NCBI GenBank assembly: GCA_038150265.1
Contig: JAYOTF010000003.1
Coordinates: 32,001 to 96,000 of the forward strand
Length of the DNA: 64,000 nucleotides
Reading direction: 5' to 3'
DNA from: Deltaproteobacteria bacterium
Lineage (GTDB): Bacteria; SAR324; NAC60-12
Shown here: positions 10,341 through 20,107 of the stretch, one piece after another
How positions within the stretch are numbered: the stretch's first letter is position 1
How the letters are laid out: the number at the start of each line of letters is the position of its first letter
Position numbers and translations under genes: made by a program
Notes under the pieces: generated by a model
What the model was told of the DNA's origin: nothing
Database searches by the model: none
What the model saw: the letters and a program-made list of their open reading frames with translations, nothing else

Positions 10341-12530
10341 TCAGGAAACGGCGGGAGAAGTCGCTTCGGCATCGCGCTGGATCCACCAAACGAGAGCCAC
10401 CAGCACGAGTCCAGCGGCATCGGTTTCAAAGGTTGGCCAGTACAGCAGGAAGGTGGCCACCCCCAGCACGATCCACTCATAAAGCCTGGTGCGCCTCCGG
10501 AAGAACCCCATGGAGAAGGCACTGAACGCGATGGTACCCAGTACTGCTGAGAGGAAGGCACTGAAGATTTCCAACGGGGAGCCCTCCAGCAACATGCCCG
10601 GGACGTAGGCAAAGAGCAGCGGCATCACGTAGAGCAGCTTGGCAAACTTGAAGGACGTCCACCCGGTCTTCCACGGGTCGGCTCCGGCAATCGCGGCTCC
10701 CGCATAGGCCGCCACACACACCGGAGGCGTGATGTTGGAGTCCTGCGAGAGCCAGTACACGATCATGTGCGCGGCAATAACCGAAACGCCATACTGCCCC
10801 AAAGCCGGAACCGCCAGGACCGCGACAATCAGGTACGCCGCTGTCACCGGAACCCCCATTCCCAGCACCAGAGAGGCAATCGCAATCAGCACCACCGCCA
10901 GCAGCAGGCTTTCGCCCGCCATCGAGATCACCAGGTCTGAAAACTTCAGGCCCATGCCGGTCAGCGAGATGGTTCCCACAATGACCCCAATCACCCCAAT
11001 GGTTGCGCCCACCACCAGTGTGCTGTCTGCGCCCTTGAGCACCGCATTCCAGACCTCTCTGGGGCCCATTCGGGTCTCTTTCTTGACCCAGCTGATCGCA
11101 ATGCAGGAGAGCGTGGCCCAGAAGGCCGCGTTTCCGGGAGACCGCCCCATGAACATCAGAACCGTGATGATGATCAGCGGCAGCGAGTAGTACCAGCCGT
11201 CCTTGAGGACCACCTTCCAGGGCGGCACCTCTTCCGAAAGGTCCAGCCCCCCCAGCCCTTGCTTCTTGGCCTCAAAGTGAATCATCCCAAACACGGAGAG
11301 GAAGTAGAGCAGCGCTGGTCCCACTGACATCAGCATGATGTTGGCGTAGGAAATACCGGTCAGCTCAGCCATCAGGAACCCTCCGGCGCCCATGATCGGG
11401 GGCAGAAACATGCCACCAATTGAGGCCGACGGCTCAATTGCTCCCGCAACATGGGGCTTGAAGCCCGCTCGTTTCATCAGTGGAATCGTGAAGGAGCCGG
11501 TCGAAACGGTGTTGGCAATGGCCGACCCGGACACGGAACCAAACAGCGCTGACGAAAGCACTGCGACCTTGGCCGGCCCGCCCGTTGCGCCTCCGGCAAT
11601 GGCCAGTGGGAGGTCAATGAAGAAGCGTCCGGCTCCGGAAGCCTGCAAGAAAGCCCCAAAGAAGATGAAGAGGATGACGTAGGTCGCCAGAACGTTGGCC
11701 ATGACCCCAAACACGCCGTTGGTGGTCAGAAACAGCGAGGTGGCCAAGCGCTCAAAGCGAAAGCCTCGGTGGGCCAGCAGGTCCGGAAGGTAGGGGCCAA
11801 AGAGCCCGAAGCAGATCATGCCAATGCCAATGAGGGTAATGGACCAGCCCAGCACGCGACGGCACACCTCAAGAGAAAGCAACAGCCCCACAATGCTGAC
11901 CAGCATGTCGACCTCATTTTCGGCACCCGCCCGGTAGTTCAGGTCTTCAAACTGGCTGATCCAGTACAGCACGGTGACCGCCATGCCCGTCGCCAGGATG
12001 TGGTCGCTGATGCTTGGGATGTTCCTGGAAACAGAAAGAAGCTTGCGATCCAGAAACGCCAGAGGCAGCGCCAGTACCGGAATCAGCAAGAGGGTGTAGA
12101 GGAGATTGCCCAGATCCTGCTCCAGGGCGAGGGAGAGGCCATCGTACTCCCAGGTTTCCTGGAAGAGGCCAATCTGCTGGTAGAAGCTGGTGAAGTCGTC
12201 AAAGAAAAGGCTTCCGGAAAGCAGCACCGCCAGCAAGGCACCGGCTGAAAGCGCCATCAGGTCATGCGCCAGCTTGCCTCCTGCGGGATAGAGCAAAAAG
12301 ACCAGGACACAGGTAATCAGTACGTAGATGCCCAGGTGATACTGCGTCCCAAGCGCCTGGAAGCCGGCTCCGTAAAAGTAGATCAGCACCAACGCTGCGG
12401 AAAGCCCTGAGGCTCCCCAACGCCAGATGCTGCCGAGTGAACGCTCCGTTTTGCTTTCCTGCTCCAGCAACGCCTGCAGGCGAGCCTCGTTTTCAGAATC
12501 CGGCTCAATGGCCTGGTTGCTCTCAATCAC
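10341..12530 (-). CDS. TAXI-TRAP fused DctQM (4TM/12TM) permease
   Basis: Many TMs; GGPAKVAVLSSALFGSVSGSAIAN, PPIMGAGGFLMAE, LGMGVPVTAAY, ITPPVCVAAY; GTG start at 12530 follows GGAGG. Confidence 0.93.
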   Translation of the reverse strand: MIESNQAIEPDSENEARLQALLEQESKTERSLGSIWRWGASGLSAALVLIYFYGAGFQALGTQYHLGIYVLITCVLVFLLYPAGGKLAHDLMALSAGALLAVLLSGSLFFDDFTSFYQQIGLFQETWEYDGLSLALEQDLGNLLYTLLLIPVLALPLAFLDRKLLSVSRNIPSISDHILATGMAVTVLYWISQFEDLNYRAGAENEVDMLVSIVGLLLSLEVCRRVLGWSITLIGIGMICFGLFGPYLPDLLAHRGFRFERLATSLFLTTNGVFGVMANVLATYVILFIFFGAFLQASGAGRFFIDLPLAIAGGATGGPAKVAVLSSALFGSVSGSAIANTVSTGSFTIPLMKRAGFKPHVAGAIEPSASIGGMFLPPIMGAGGFLMAELTGISYANIMLMSVGPALLYFLSVFGMIHFEAKKQGLGGLDLSEEVPPWKVVLKDGWYYSLPLIIITVLMFMGRSPGNAAFWATLSCIAISWVKKETRMGPREVWNAVLKGADSTLVVGATIGVIGVIVGTISLTGMGLKFSDLVISMAGESLLLAVVLIAIASLVLGMGVPVTAAYLIVAVLAVPALGQYGVSVIAAHMIVYWLSQDSNITPPVCVAAYAGAAIAGADPWKTGWTSFKFAKLLYVMPLLFAYVPGMLLEGSPLEIFSAFLSAVLGTIAFSAFSMGFFRRRTRLYEWIVLGVATFLLYWPTFETDAAGLVLVALVWWIQRDAEATSPAVS

Positions 12531-12598
12531 GTTTGCCTCCTTAACCGCTTGCGCCCGTTGCGCTGTTCCCACTGCGGGATCCTTACCGCTTTCCTTTC

Positions 12599-12616
12599 AG
12601 CAAGCCGGAGACCAGA
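12599..12616 (-). promoter_or_regulatory. Sigma54 (-24/-12) promoter of the TAXI-TRAP operon
   Basis: Minus strand reads TCTGGTCTCCGGCTTGCT: GG-N10-GC with TTGC, about 70 nt upstream of the permease start. Confidence 0.7.
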
Positions 12617-12668
12617 TCGATTCTATTTTCAGAGTACTGTTTTTATGATTTATTTTAAAAGACCACCC

Positions 12669-12726
12669 TCCGGAATGAGCAAAAAATCGCTCATCAAACT
12701 TCCGGAATGAGCAAAAAATCGCTTAT
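12669..12726. promoter_or_regulatory. Tandem palindromic enhancer sites (probable DctD binding sites)
   Basis: Direct repeat TCCGGAATGAGCAAAAAATCGCT(C/T)AT at 12669 and 12701 (32-bp period); each copy contains ATGAGC-N8-GCT(C/T)AT. Confidence 0.7.
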
Positions 12727-12838
12727 TCACTTGGAAGCCCAGTAGGGCCCTGCGGCGTGCGCTTTGGAAAAAGAGAGGAACAGGGGGGAGACGCAAGGAA
12801 CCTCCGGAGTCAGGCGCTCCGGAGGCTGGGGTCACGGG

Positions 12839-14008
12839 TCAGACGCCGTAGAATTCAGCGACTTTGCGGGTAACGTACTGGAGGGCCTCATCGCTGACTC
12901 CGGGGTAGACCGGAAGGGAGAGGATCGACTGCGCGGCGGTGTTGGAGACCGGGAAGTCTTCCTCACGGTACCCCAGGGAGGCGAAGCATTCCTGCTTGTG
13001 GAAGGGCAGCGGGTAGTAGATCTCGGAAGCAATCCCTTCTTGCTGCAGGAAGTCCCGCAGCTCGTCTCGCTTCAGCGCCCGGACCATGAACTGGTTGTAG
13101 ATGTGCCGATGCGGAAGGGAGGCGTCGTGCACGGCTTCAGGCAAGCGCACAAACTCATTCAGGCCCGCTTGCTCAAACAGCTCCTGGTAGCGGTTGGCGT
13201 TGTGCTGGCGTTGCTCATGCCACTCGTCCAGGCGCTTCAGCTTCAGCCGCACCACCGTTGCTTGAATCGGATCCAGCCGGAAGTTTCCGCCAATGACCTT
13301 GTGGAAGTAGCGCTGTTCGCCACCATGAACACGCTTGATCCGCATCTTCTGAGCCAGCTCCGGATCATTGACGGAAATGATTCCACCGTCTCCGATGCCC
13401 CCCAGGTTTTTGGAAGGAAAGAAGGAAAAACACCCTGCTGCCCCCACGCTCCCGGCCCGGTGTTTTTTGCCCTGGTAGAGGCACTCGGCCCCAATCGCCT
13501 GCGCGGCATCTTCCACCACCGGGACCCCCAGTTCGGCCGCAATTTCCATGATGCCATCCATGTCGGCACACTGGCCATACAGGTGCACCGGCATGATCGC
13601 CTTCACGCGGCTTCGCTCTTCGGCACTCAGGCCCTGCAGCACCACACGGATCTGCTCCGGATCCAGGTTGAAGGTCACAGGATCAATGTCCACAAACACC
13701 GGACGCGCGTTGAGACGCGCAATCACGCCAGCAGTCGCAAAAAACGAGAAATCCGTGGTCAGCACCAGGTCGCCAGGGCCCACATCCAGGGCCATCAGGG
13801 CGAGCAGCAGCGCATCGGTGCCCGACGAGACCCCTACTGCATCAGCCGTCCCACAGTAGGCAGCAATCTCCTTTTCCAGCTCATCCACCTCCGGCCCCAT
13901 GATGTAGCGGGTCGAGTCGATCACCTGTGTTACGGCTTCCAGGATTTCTGCCCGCATCTCTTCCAGTTGCGGTTTCAGGTCAAGAAGCGGAATGGTCATT
14001 TCCGGCAT
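12839..14008 (-). CDS. DegT/DnrJ/EryC1/StrS PLP-dependent aminotransferase
   Basis: VSSGTDAL, PVHLYGQ, EDAAQAIGA, SFFPSKNLGGIGDGG, GGNFRLD, LSLPVYP. Confidence 0.95.
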   Translation of the reverse strand: MPEMTIPLLDLKPQLEEMRAEILEAVTQVIDSTRYIMGPEVDELEKEIAAYCGTADAVGVSSGTDALLLALMALDVGPGDLVLTTDFSFFATAGVIARLNARPVFVDIDPVTFNLDPEQIRVVLQGLSAEERSRVKAIMPVHLYGQCADMDGIMEIAAELGVPVVEDAAQAIGAECLYQGKKHRAGSVGAAGCFSFFPSKNLGGIGDGGIISVNDPELAQKMRIKRVHGGEQRYFHKVIGGNFRLDPIQATVVRLKLKRLDEWHEQRQHNANRYQELFEQAGLNEFVRLPEAVHDASLPHRHIYNQFMVRALKRDELRDFLQQEGIASEIYYPLPFHKQECFASLGYREEDFPVSNTAAQSILSLPVYPGVSDEALQYVTRKVAEFYGV

Positions 14009-14031
14009 GGGGCCCTCGTTCTAGCAAAGAG

Positions 14032-14730
14032 TTAAAGCAACACACGAATGTCATAAAACGCGTGCGTGTACGCTGCGGCAGCAAAGCCCCGGATGTAGTA
14101 CAGCACGGTAAACAGCAACCCGGCAATCCAGCGGAACAGAAAGCTGTAGAAGCTGAAGGTGTCGGCCATGTTGCCGACGTAGTGGCTCAGGGAGAACAGA
14201 AACGCGGCTACCGTGACTGCGATCAGGGCGGCCCAGAAGTCACTCCGCAACAGGGGCCGGAGCAGAAACAGCAAAAAGTTCAGCAGCAGCACCCGGAAGA
14301 AGAGTTCCTCAAACAGCCCGGCCCCCAGCGAAAGCGCAAGGTTCTGCAGCAGGCCCGAGCTTCCGTACGCGCCAACCGACAGCAGGATGGGACTGAGGAT
14401 CAGGTGGATCACCAGCCCAAACACCAGGCTATAGGCCAGGGATTCGAGCATCAGCAGGCCAATGTACTGGGCCCGGAGGGAAATGCCCTGCGACAGCATC
14501 TTGGCGGGAACCAGCAGGGCCAGGGCTCCCACAATCATCACAAAGGGGATCAGCGGCGGGCTGACTTCAAAAGCACGGAGGAAGAAACGAATCCAGACAT
14601 CGGCAGCATTCCGGACCGCCCAGTATCGGGTTTCCGTCAAGACGACCAGGACCTCGTACCCGACCAGGAGCGGGATGGCGAGGACAACCGAATAGAAAGG
14701 AGAGCGGGTGGCCTCCAGGTACTCACGCAT
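14032..14730 (-). CDS. CPBP-family (CAAX/Abi) intramembrane glutamic protease
   Basis: Multi-TM; GLFEELFFR, FSLSHY, HAFYD motifs. Confidence 0.85.
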   Translation of the reverse strand: MREYLEATRSPFYSVVLAIPLLVGYEVLVVLTETRYWAVRNAADVWIRFFLRAFEVSPPLIPFVMIVGALALLVPAKMLSQGISLRAQYIGLLMLESLAYSLVFGLVIHLILSPILLSVGAYGSSGLLQNLALSLGAGLFEELFFRVLLLNFLLFLLRPLLRSDFWAALIAVTVAAFLFSLSHYVGNMADTFSFYSFLFRWIAGLLFTVLYYIRGFAAAAYTHAFYDIRVLL

Positions 14731-14738
14731 GTGAGGCG

Positions 14739-15425
14739 TCAGAGGCGGGTGATGTTGGCTTCGCTGACAAAGTTCAGGCGCTTGAGACGAGTGGCTTCCG
14801 AGTTGGCTTGGCCTCGGGTGAGTTTCCCAACGCGAACACGATACCAGACCTGACTGGTCTGGGAAACATACTTGTCCACATACGCCTCGCGGAACCCGTT
14901 CTCATTGAGCCGTGTGACCATGTCTTCTGCCATCTTCAGCACCCGGTAGGCGGCCACCTGAATGGTGTAGGTCCGGTCTGGCGCAGGTACCGGTTTTGGA
15001 GGAATGGGCTTGGGCTTTTCCGGAGCAGGGCTGGGCACCACGGCGACCGGCTTCGAGGGAGACGGCGGCGCTGGAACTCCGGCTTCTCCTGCCTGCGCAC
15101 TCACTTCCGCCTGGTTCACTTCGTCTGCCAGCACACTGGTGCGTTCCCGGAGTTTGCTCAGGTTTTCCAGGTCAATGGCCGGTTCATCGGCCGGCTCTTC
15201 TGCCAGCTGGAAGAACTGCATCTGTTCGGGGCTGACTTCCTCACCCGCCCCATCTTGAGGCAGGGGGGCCAGGAGGTCGGCTTCGGGACTGCGGAGGCTC
15301 TTGCCTGAGGTGAAGCCCAGATAAAACGCCAGCACCAGACTGAGGGTGCCAAGCGCTACCAATGAGGTCGCCTGAAGGGTGGTGAGCTTGAGGTTAATGA
15401 GCGGTTTTGGCTTCGATGCTGCCAT
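14739..15425 (-). CDS. Membrane-anchored SPOR-domain protein (FtsN/DedD-like)
   Basis: N-terminal TM, Pro-rich linker, C-terminal YTIQVAAY...WYRVRVG. Confidence 0.85.
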   Translation of the reverse strand: MAASKPKPLINLKLTTLQATSLVALGTLSLVLAFYLGFTSGKSLRSPEADLLAPLPQDGAGEEVSPEQMQFFQLAEEPADEPAIDLENLSKLRERTSVLADEVNQAEVSAQAGEAGVPAPPSPSKPVAVVPSPAPEKPKPIPPKPVPAPDRTYTIQVAAYRVLKMAEDMVTRLNENGFREAYVDKYVSQTSQVWYRVRVGKLTRGQANSEATRLKRLNFVSEANITRL

Positions 15426-16119
15426 TACTGGATTTGGGAAACGTCCAAGGACCCTGAAGTGTCGGGAAGTTCAAGGCGTTCTGAAGCTGCAGAAGGAATT
15501 CGCCTCGCGACACCTCACGAGCGCCCATGCTTAACAGATGCGTCGTGGGCATCTGACAATCGATAAACTGCATTTGCAGGGAACGAGCCAACTCACTCAA
15601 TTTGGCCAACGCGACCTTGGAGGCATTGCTTTCAAGGCTAAACATCGACTCGCCAAAGAAGGCTCGCCCCAGAGAAACCCCATACAGCCCGCCCACCAGG
15701 CGTCCCTCGCGCCAGCATTCCACGGAATGAGCCAGGCCTTCCTGAAACAGTTCGGTGTAGGCCTCCTGCATCGAGTCGGTGATCCAGGTGCCCTTTCCTT
15801 CCTCCAGGCGCAGCTCCGCACAGTGCCCAATGACTTCCGCAAAGGCGGTGTCGACCCGCACCTCAAAGTACTCGCGGCGGAGCACCTTCCGGAGGCTCCG
15901 GGACACGCGGATCTCCTCGGGGTAGAGCAGCAGCCGAGGATCCGGACTCCACCAAAGCAGGGGCTGCCCCTCTTCATACCACGGGAAGATGCCGTTGCGG
16001 TAGGCTTCAATGAGCCGAGGGGTTGACAGGTCTCCGCCAATGGCCAACAGGCCATCCGGTTCCGCCTCATGGGGATCCGGAAACATGGGCAGATTCTTCA
16101 TCAACCGATAGACGGGCAT
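15394..16119 (-). CDS. aat: Leucyl/phenylalanyl-tRNA--protein transferase
   Basis: DGLLAIGGDL, AYRNGIFPW, WWSPDPR, AHSVECW, FFGESMFS, NASKVAL. Confidence 0.97.
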   Translation of the reverse strand: MPVYRLMKNLPMFPDPHEAEPDGLLAIGGDLSTPRLIEAYRNGIFPWYEEGQPLLWWSPDPRLLLYPEEIRVSRSLRKVLRREYFEVRVDTAFAEVIGHCAELRLEEGKGTWITDSMQEAYTELFQEGLAHSVECWREGRLVGGLYGVSLGRAFFGESMFSLESNASKVALAKLSELARSLQMQFIDCQMPTTHLLSMGAREVSRGEFLLQLQNALNFPTLQGPWTFPKSSNGSIEAKTAH

Positions 16120-16176
16120 GGGAAAGGGGGAGTGACAGGAGTCCGGACCCAGCGGCCCGGACCAAGAGGCGGGTGA

Positions 16177-16755
<579 letters not shown>

Positions 16756-16840
16756 TTTGATCTCCTTGAATAAGAGGTTGGGTCGTGATCTTGGGGGTAA
16801 AGGTTCCATCCAAAAGGATAGCCACCAGCCGAGCAGGCTT

Positions 16841-17512
16841 TCAAGAGAAAACTTGGGCCACCTGCTGGGCCTGAGCCAGATGCAGAAGCTTTTCCGCATC
16901 AAATCCGGAGGTCCGTTGCGTCGGCAGGTCAATGACTGCATGGGCCAGCTCCTGGTAGCGTCGGCGACGTTCCGCCAGCAGCAGCGGGTAGCAGCGCCGC
17001 AGGGCCACGTCCGGTGCCTCTTCCGGCTGACGCTGGTAGGCGCCTCCCCAGATCACCGGTTTCGGATCCTCCAGGAAGGTCTGCAGCATCTGCTGATCCT
17101 GCTCGGGGGCACTGCTCAGGTAGATCATCAGCACCTGACTCCGGAGACGATCAATGGCTTCCGGAGGCAGGTAAATGAAACTCCCCGTGGTATCAATCAC
17201 CACCTTCTGGTCCGGAGCCAGTGTGTTCAGGCGTTCACAGAGGGTCTCGGTGACCCGCTCTTCCCAGCGCAGGTACGTGGCCTCGGCTTCTGGGTAACGG
17301 CGTTCATACGGGTGCCCCATCCAGCGGGCCAGGTCTCGGGTGGAGCGCAGGTCCAGAGACGCGTCCTGACCCAGCGCCTCAGCGATGAGCTCGTCGCAAC
17401 TCCAGCGCAAGAACCCCAGGGCCTCGAGGTGCTGCGACCAGTGAGACTTGCCCACTCCGGACATGCCCACCAGCGCAACACGCCCCGGTAACTCGGTTGG
17501 TTCCGAACTCAT
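16841..17512 (-). CDS. P-loop kinase/ATPase (shikimate-kinase-like fold, substrate unknown)
   Basis: Walker A GMSGVGKS, VIDTTGS, C-terminal ERRRRY. Confidence 0.65.
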   Translation of the reverse strand: MSSEPTELPGRVALVGMSGVGKSHWSQHLEALGFLRWSCDELIAEALGQDASLDLRSTRDLARWMGHPYERRYPEAEATYLRWEERVTETLCERLNTLAPDQKVVIDTTGSFIYLPPEAIDRLRSQVLMIYLSSAPEQDQQMLQTFLEDPKPVIWGGAYQRQPEEAPDVALRRCYPLLLAERRRRYQELAHAVIDLPTQRTSGFDAEKLLHLAQAQQVAQVFS

Positions 17513-17527
17513 CAGAACGGCATTCGC

Positions 17528-17914
17528 TTAAACAAGAGGGATCTGCAAAATGTCGAGGTACTGTTCATCATCCAGACGAAACAGTCCCTGCACCTCGGAA
17601 GAAATGCTCACCCGCACTCGGTCGGGGTCCAGTCCGATGACGGTGTGGGTGTCCCCTTCAATCCGCAAGAAGTACAGCAGGGTCAGCCGATCCTGCATTT
17701 CTTCATAGTGGAAGCCAATTTTCAGGGATTCTTTTTGAATGAGCCGGGTGAGGAGGTGGGGAACCCGTTCATCGGTTTGGCCCGGGAGGGTCTTGAGAGC
17801 TTCGGTGTAGGGAAAGCTCCGAATGGCGTACTGAAGAATGACCTCTTCCAGTCCCTGATCCAGGCGGTGGTGGGCGGAAGCGGCGTTGGTCTGCAAAGCC
17901 TGTTCGGTACTCAT
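17528..17914 (-). CDS. Hypothetical protein (128 aa)
   Basis: ATG preceded by AAGGAG; fills the gap, co-oriented with neighbours. Confidence 0.7.
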   Translation of the reverse strand: MSTEQALQTNAASAHHRLDQGLEEVILQYAIRSFPYTEALKTLPGQTDERVPHLLTRLIQKESLKIGFHYEEMQDRLTLLYFLRIEGDTHTVIGLDPDRVRVSISSEVQGLFRLDDEQYLDILQIPLV

Positions 17915-18084
17915 GAACTCCTTATCGGGAATGGTTCATGCCCCTCGTGATTTGAGGCTAATACTCCTAAAGTGTAACAGCATTTTTCAATTTTTAGCAA
18001 AACCAAATTTCAGGCATCAGTTCCGAAGAAACCCAAATGCCTCCTCAGGAGTTCCCCCAGTTGGGGCTCACTTCGTCCATGAAT

Positions 18085-20085
18085 TCAGGCCTCTGCAGCA
18101 GCATCCCCCGCTTTCATCCCCAACCAATTCCGGAGGGTCGCTTCGTCCAGCAGCGTGACGCCGAGTTGCTCGGCCTTGGTCCGCTTCGATCCGGCGTTGG
18201 CCCCCGCAAGCAGGAAGTCCGTCTTCTTGGAGACGCTTCCCGTCACGTTGGCGCCCGCCTCTTCCAGGCGCTGCTTCCAGACGTCTCGAGGCTCAGTCAG
18301 CGTGCCTGTGATGACGACCACCTTGCCTTCCAGCTCAGCCACCTTCTGCCCAGCCTGCTCGCTCGCCTGAGGTTCCACACCGTGTGCCAGCAAGCGGTCG
18401 ACAAACGCCTGCTGCTCTGGATTCCGGAAAAAGTCTGACACCGACTTCGCAATGATCGGCCCGACCTCACCGATGCGAGAGAGCTCTTCCTGAGAAGCCT
18501 CTCGAAGGGCCGTCAGGGTTCCCAGTCGGCGGGCCAACAGTTTGGCCGTCTTCTCTCCCACATGCGGAATGCCGAGCGCATGCAGGAACGCTCCAAGCGG
18601 ACGCTGCTTGGAGCCCTCAATGCCGGTGACCACGTTCTGTGCGGATTTGGGTCCCATCCGCTCCAGCTGCGCCAGGTCCTCCGCCTGCACGGAATACAGG
18701 TCGGCGGCATCTCCGATCAAGCCGGCGGCAAAGAGCTGCTCAACGAGCGCTGGGCCAATCGTCTCAATGTCCATCGCCTTGCGGGAGACGTAGTGAAGCA
18801 CCCGTTCGCGCTGCTGAGCAGGACACCCCAGGTTGGGGCACCGCCAATCGACCTCTCCGGAACCCTGCTCTGCCGGGGTGTCACAAACCGGACACGCCTG
18901 AGGCGGCAGCACCGGAACCGCCTGGGCCCAGCGTTGAGCCGCATCCACCGCCACCACCTTGGGAATGATCTCCCCGCCCTTCTCCAGCGTCACGGAATCG
19001 CCAAGGTGCAGGCCCAGGCGAGCCACCTGGTCGTAGTTGTGAAGCGTGGCGCGAGACACGATGGTGCCGTTCAGCGAGACGGGATCCAGGATCGCTACCG
19101 GGGTCAGGGAACCCGTCCGGCCCACGCCAATCTCCACAGCCCGCAAGACCGACGTCGCCTGCTCGGCTGTAAACTTGAACGCCCGGGCCCAGCGTGGGGA
19201 CTTGGCGGTGTAGCCGGCCTGTTCCTGCAGCGCCAGGGAGTTGACCTTCACCACCACCCCGTCAATTTCGTAAGGCAGGGCCTCATGGTGGTGCTCCCAG
19301 TGCTCACAAAACGCCACTACCTCGTCAATGGAAGACACCCGACGGGCTTCGGGGTTGGTGGGCAGCCCCCACTGTTCCAGTTGTTCCAGACACCCAAAGT
19401 GAGTCGCCGCCATGGGGCCCTCCACCTGATTGTACAGGAACAGGCTCAGGCGACGGCGACGGACCTCGCTGCTGTCCAGCATCCGCAAGGAACCTGCGGC
19501 CGCATTCCGAGGATTCTTGAAGGATGCCTCGCCTTGTGCTTCCCGGCGCTGGTTGAGTCGCTCAAAGTCGTCCCGCGCCAGGTACACCTCACCCCGGACT
19601 TCCAGGGTGAGCGGTTCCGGAAGTTGGTGGGGCAGGCCCTGGACGGTCTTCAGGTTGGGGGTCACCTCGTCCCCTTCGTTTCCATCTCCTCGCGTCACCC
19701 CCACCGTCAGGGCTCCGTTTTCGTACTGCACCGAAACCGCAAGGCCGTCGATTTTCAACTCGCAGACGTACTCCACCTCCGAGGTCCCCAGGAGCTTCTT
19801 CAGGTCAGCATCCCACTCCCGGATTTCTTCGAGCGAGTAGAGGTTGGAGAGGCTCAGCATCGGAATGCGGTGGGTCCGAGTGGGAAAGGACTGGAGGGGC
19901 TCTGCCGAAACCTGGGCCAGGGGAGAAGCGGCCTGGTCTTCAGGATGCTCCTGGAGCCACTGCTGGACCTGCGTGACCCGCTCATCGTAAACCGCATCCG
20001 AAACCAGAGGTTCGGCTTCGCAGTAGTAAGCGTGGCGGTAGCGGTGGAGTTCTTCGAAGAGGGAGGAGGGGGCAGTCATGATCAT
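18085..20085 (-). CDS. ligA: NAD-dependent DNA ligase
   Basis: ELKIDG adenylation motif, NPRNAAAGSLR, CPVC zinc finger, HhH repeats, BRCT (GSVSKKTDFL). Confidence 0.98.
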   Translation of the reverse strand: MIMTAPSSLFEELHRYRHAYYCEAEPLVSDAVYDERVTQVQQWLQEHPEDQAASPLAQVSAEPLQSFPTRTHRIPMLSLSNLYSLEEIREWDADLKKLLGTSEVEYVCELKIDGLAVSVQYENGALTVGVTRGDGNEGDEVTPNLKTVQGLPHQLPEPLTLEVRGEVYLARDDFERLNQRREAQGEASFKNPRNAAAGSLRMLDSSEVRRRRLSLFLYNQVEGPMAATHFGCLEQLEQWGLPTNPEARRVSSIDEVVAFCEHWEHHHEALPYEIDGVVVKVNSLALQEQAGYTAKSPRWARAFKFTAEQATSVLRAVEIGVGRTGSLTPVAILDPVSLNGTIVSRATLHNYDQVARLGLHLGDSVTLEKGGEIIPKVVAVDAAQRWAQAVPVLPPQACPVCDTPAEQGSGEVDWRCPNLGCPAQQRERVLHYVSRKAMDIETIGPALVEQLFAAGLIGDAADLYSVQAEDLAQLERMGPKSAQNVVTGIEGSKQRPLGAFLHALGIPHVGEKTAKLLARRLGTLTALREASQEELSRIGEVGPIIAKSVSDFFRNPEQQAFVDRLLAHGVEPQASEQAGQKVAELEGKVVVITGTLTEPRDVWKQRLEEAGANVTGSVSKKTDFLLAGANAGSKRTKAEQLGVTLLDEATLRNWLGMKAGDAAAEA

Positions 20086-20107
20086 TCTGGAAGTCTAGGG
20101 AGGGGGG

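Noticed and set aside
12669..12726. Direct repeat as CRISPR or IS end
   Set aside because: Only two copies with a 6-bp gap and no cas or transposase; better explained as activator binding sites.
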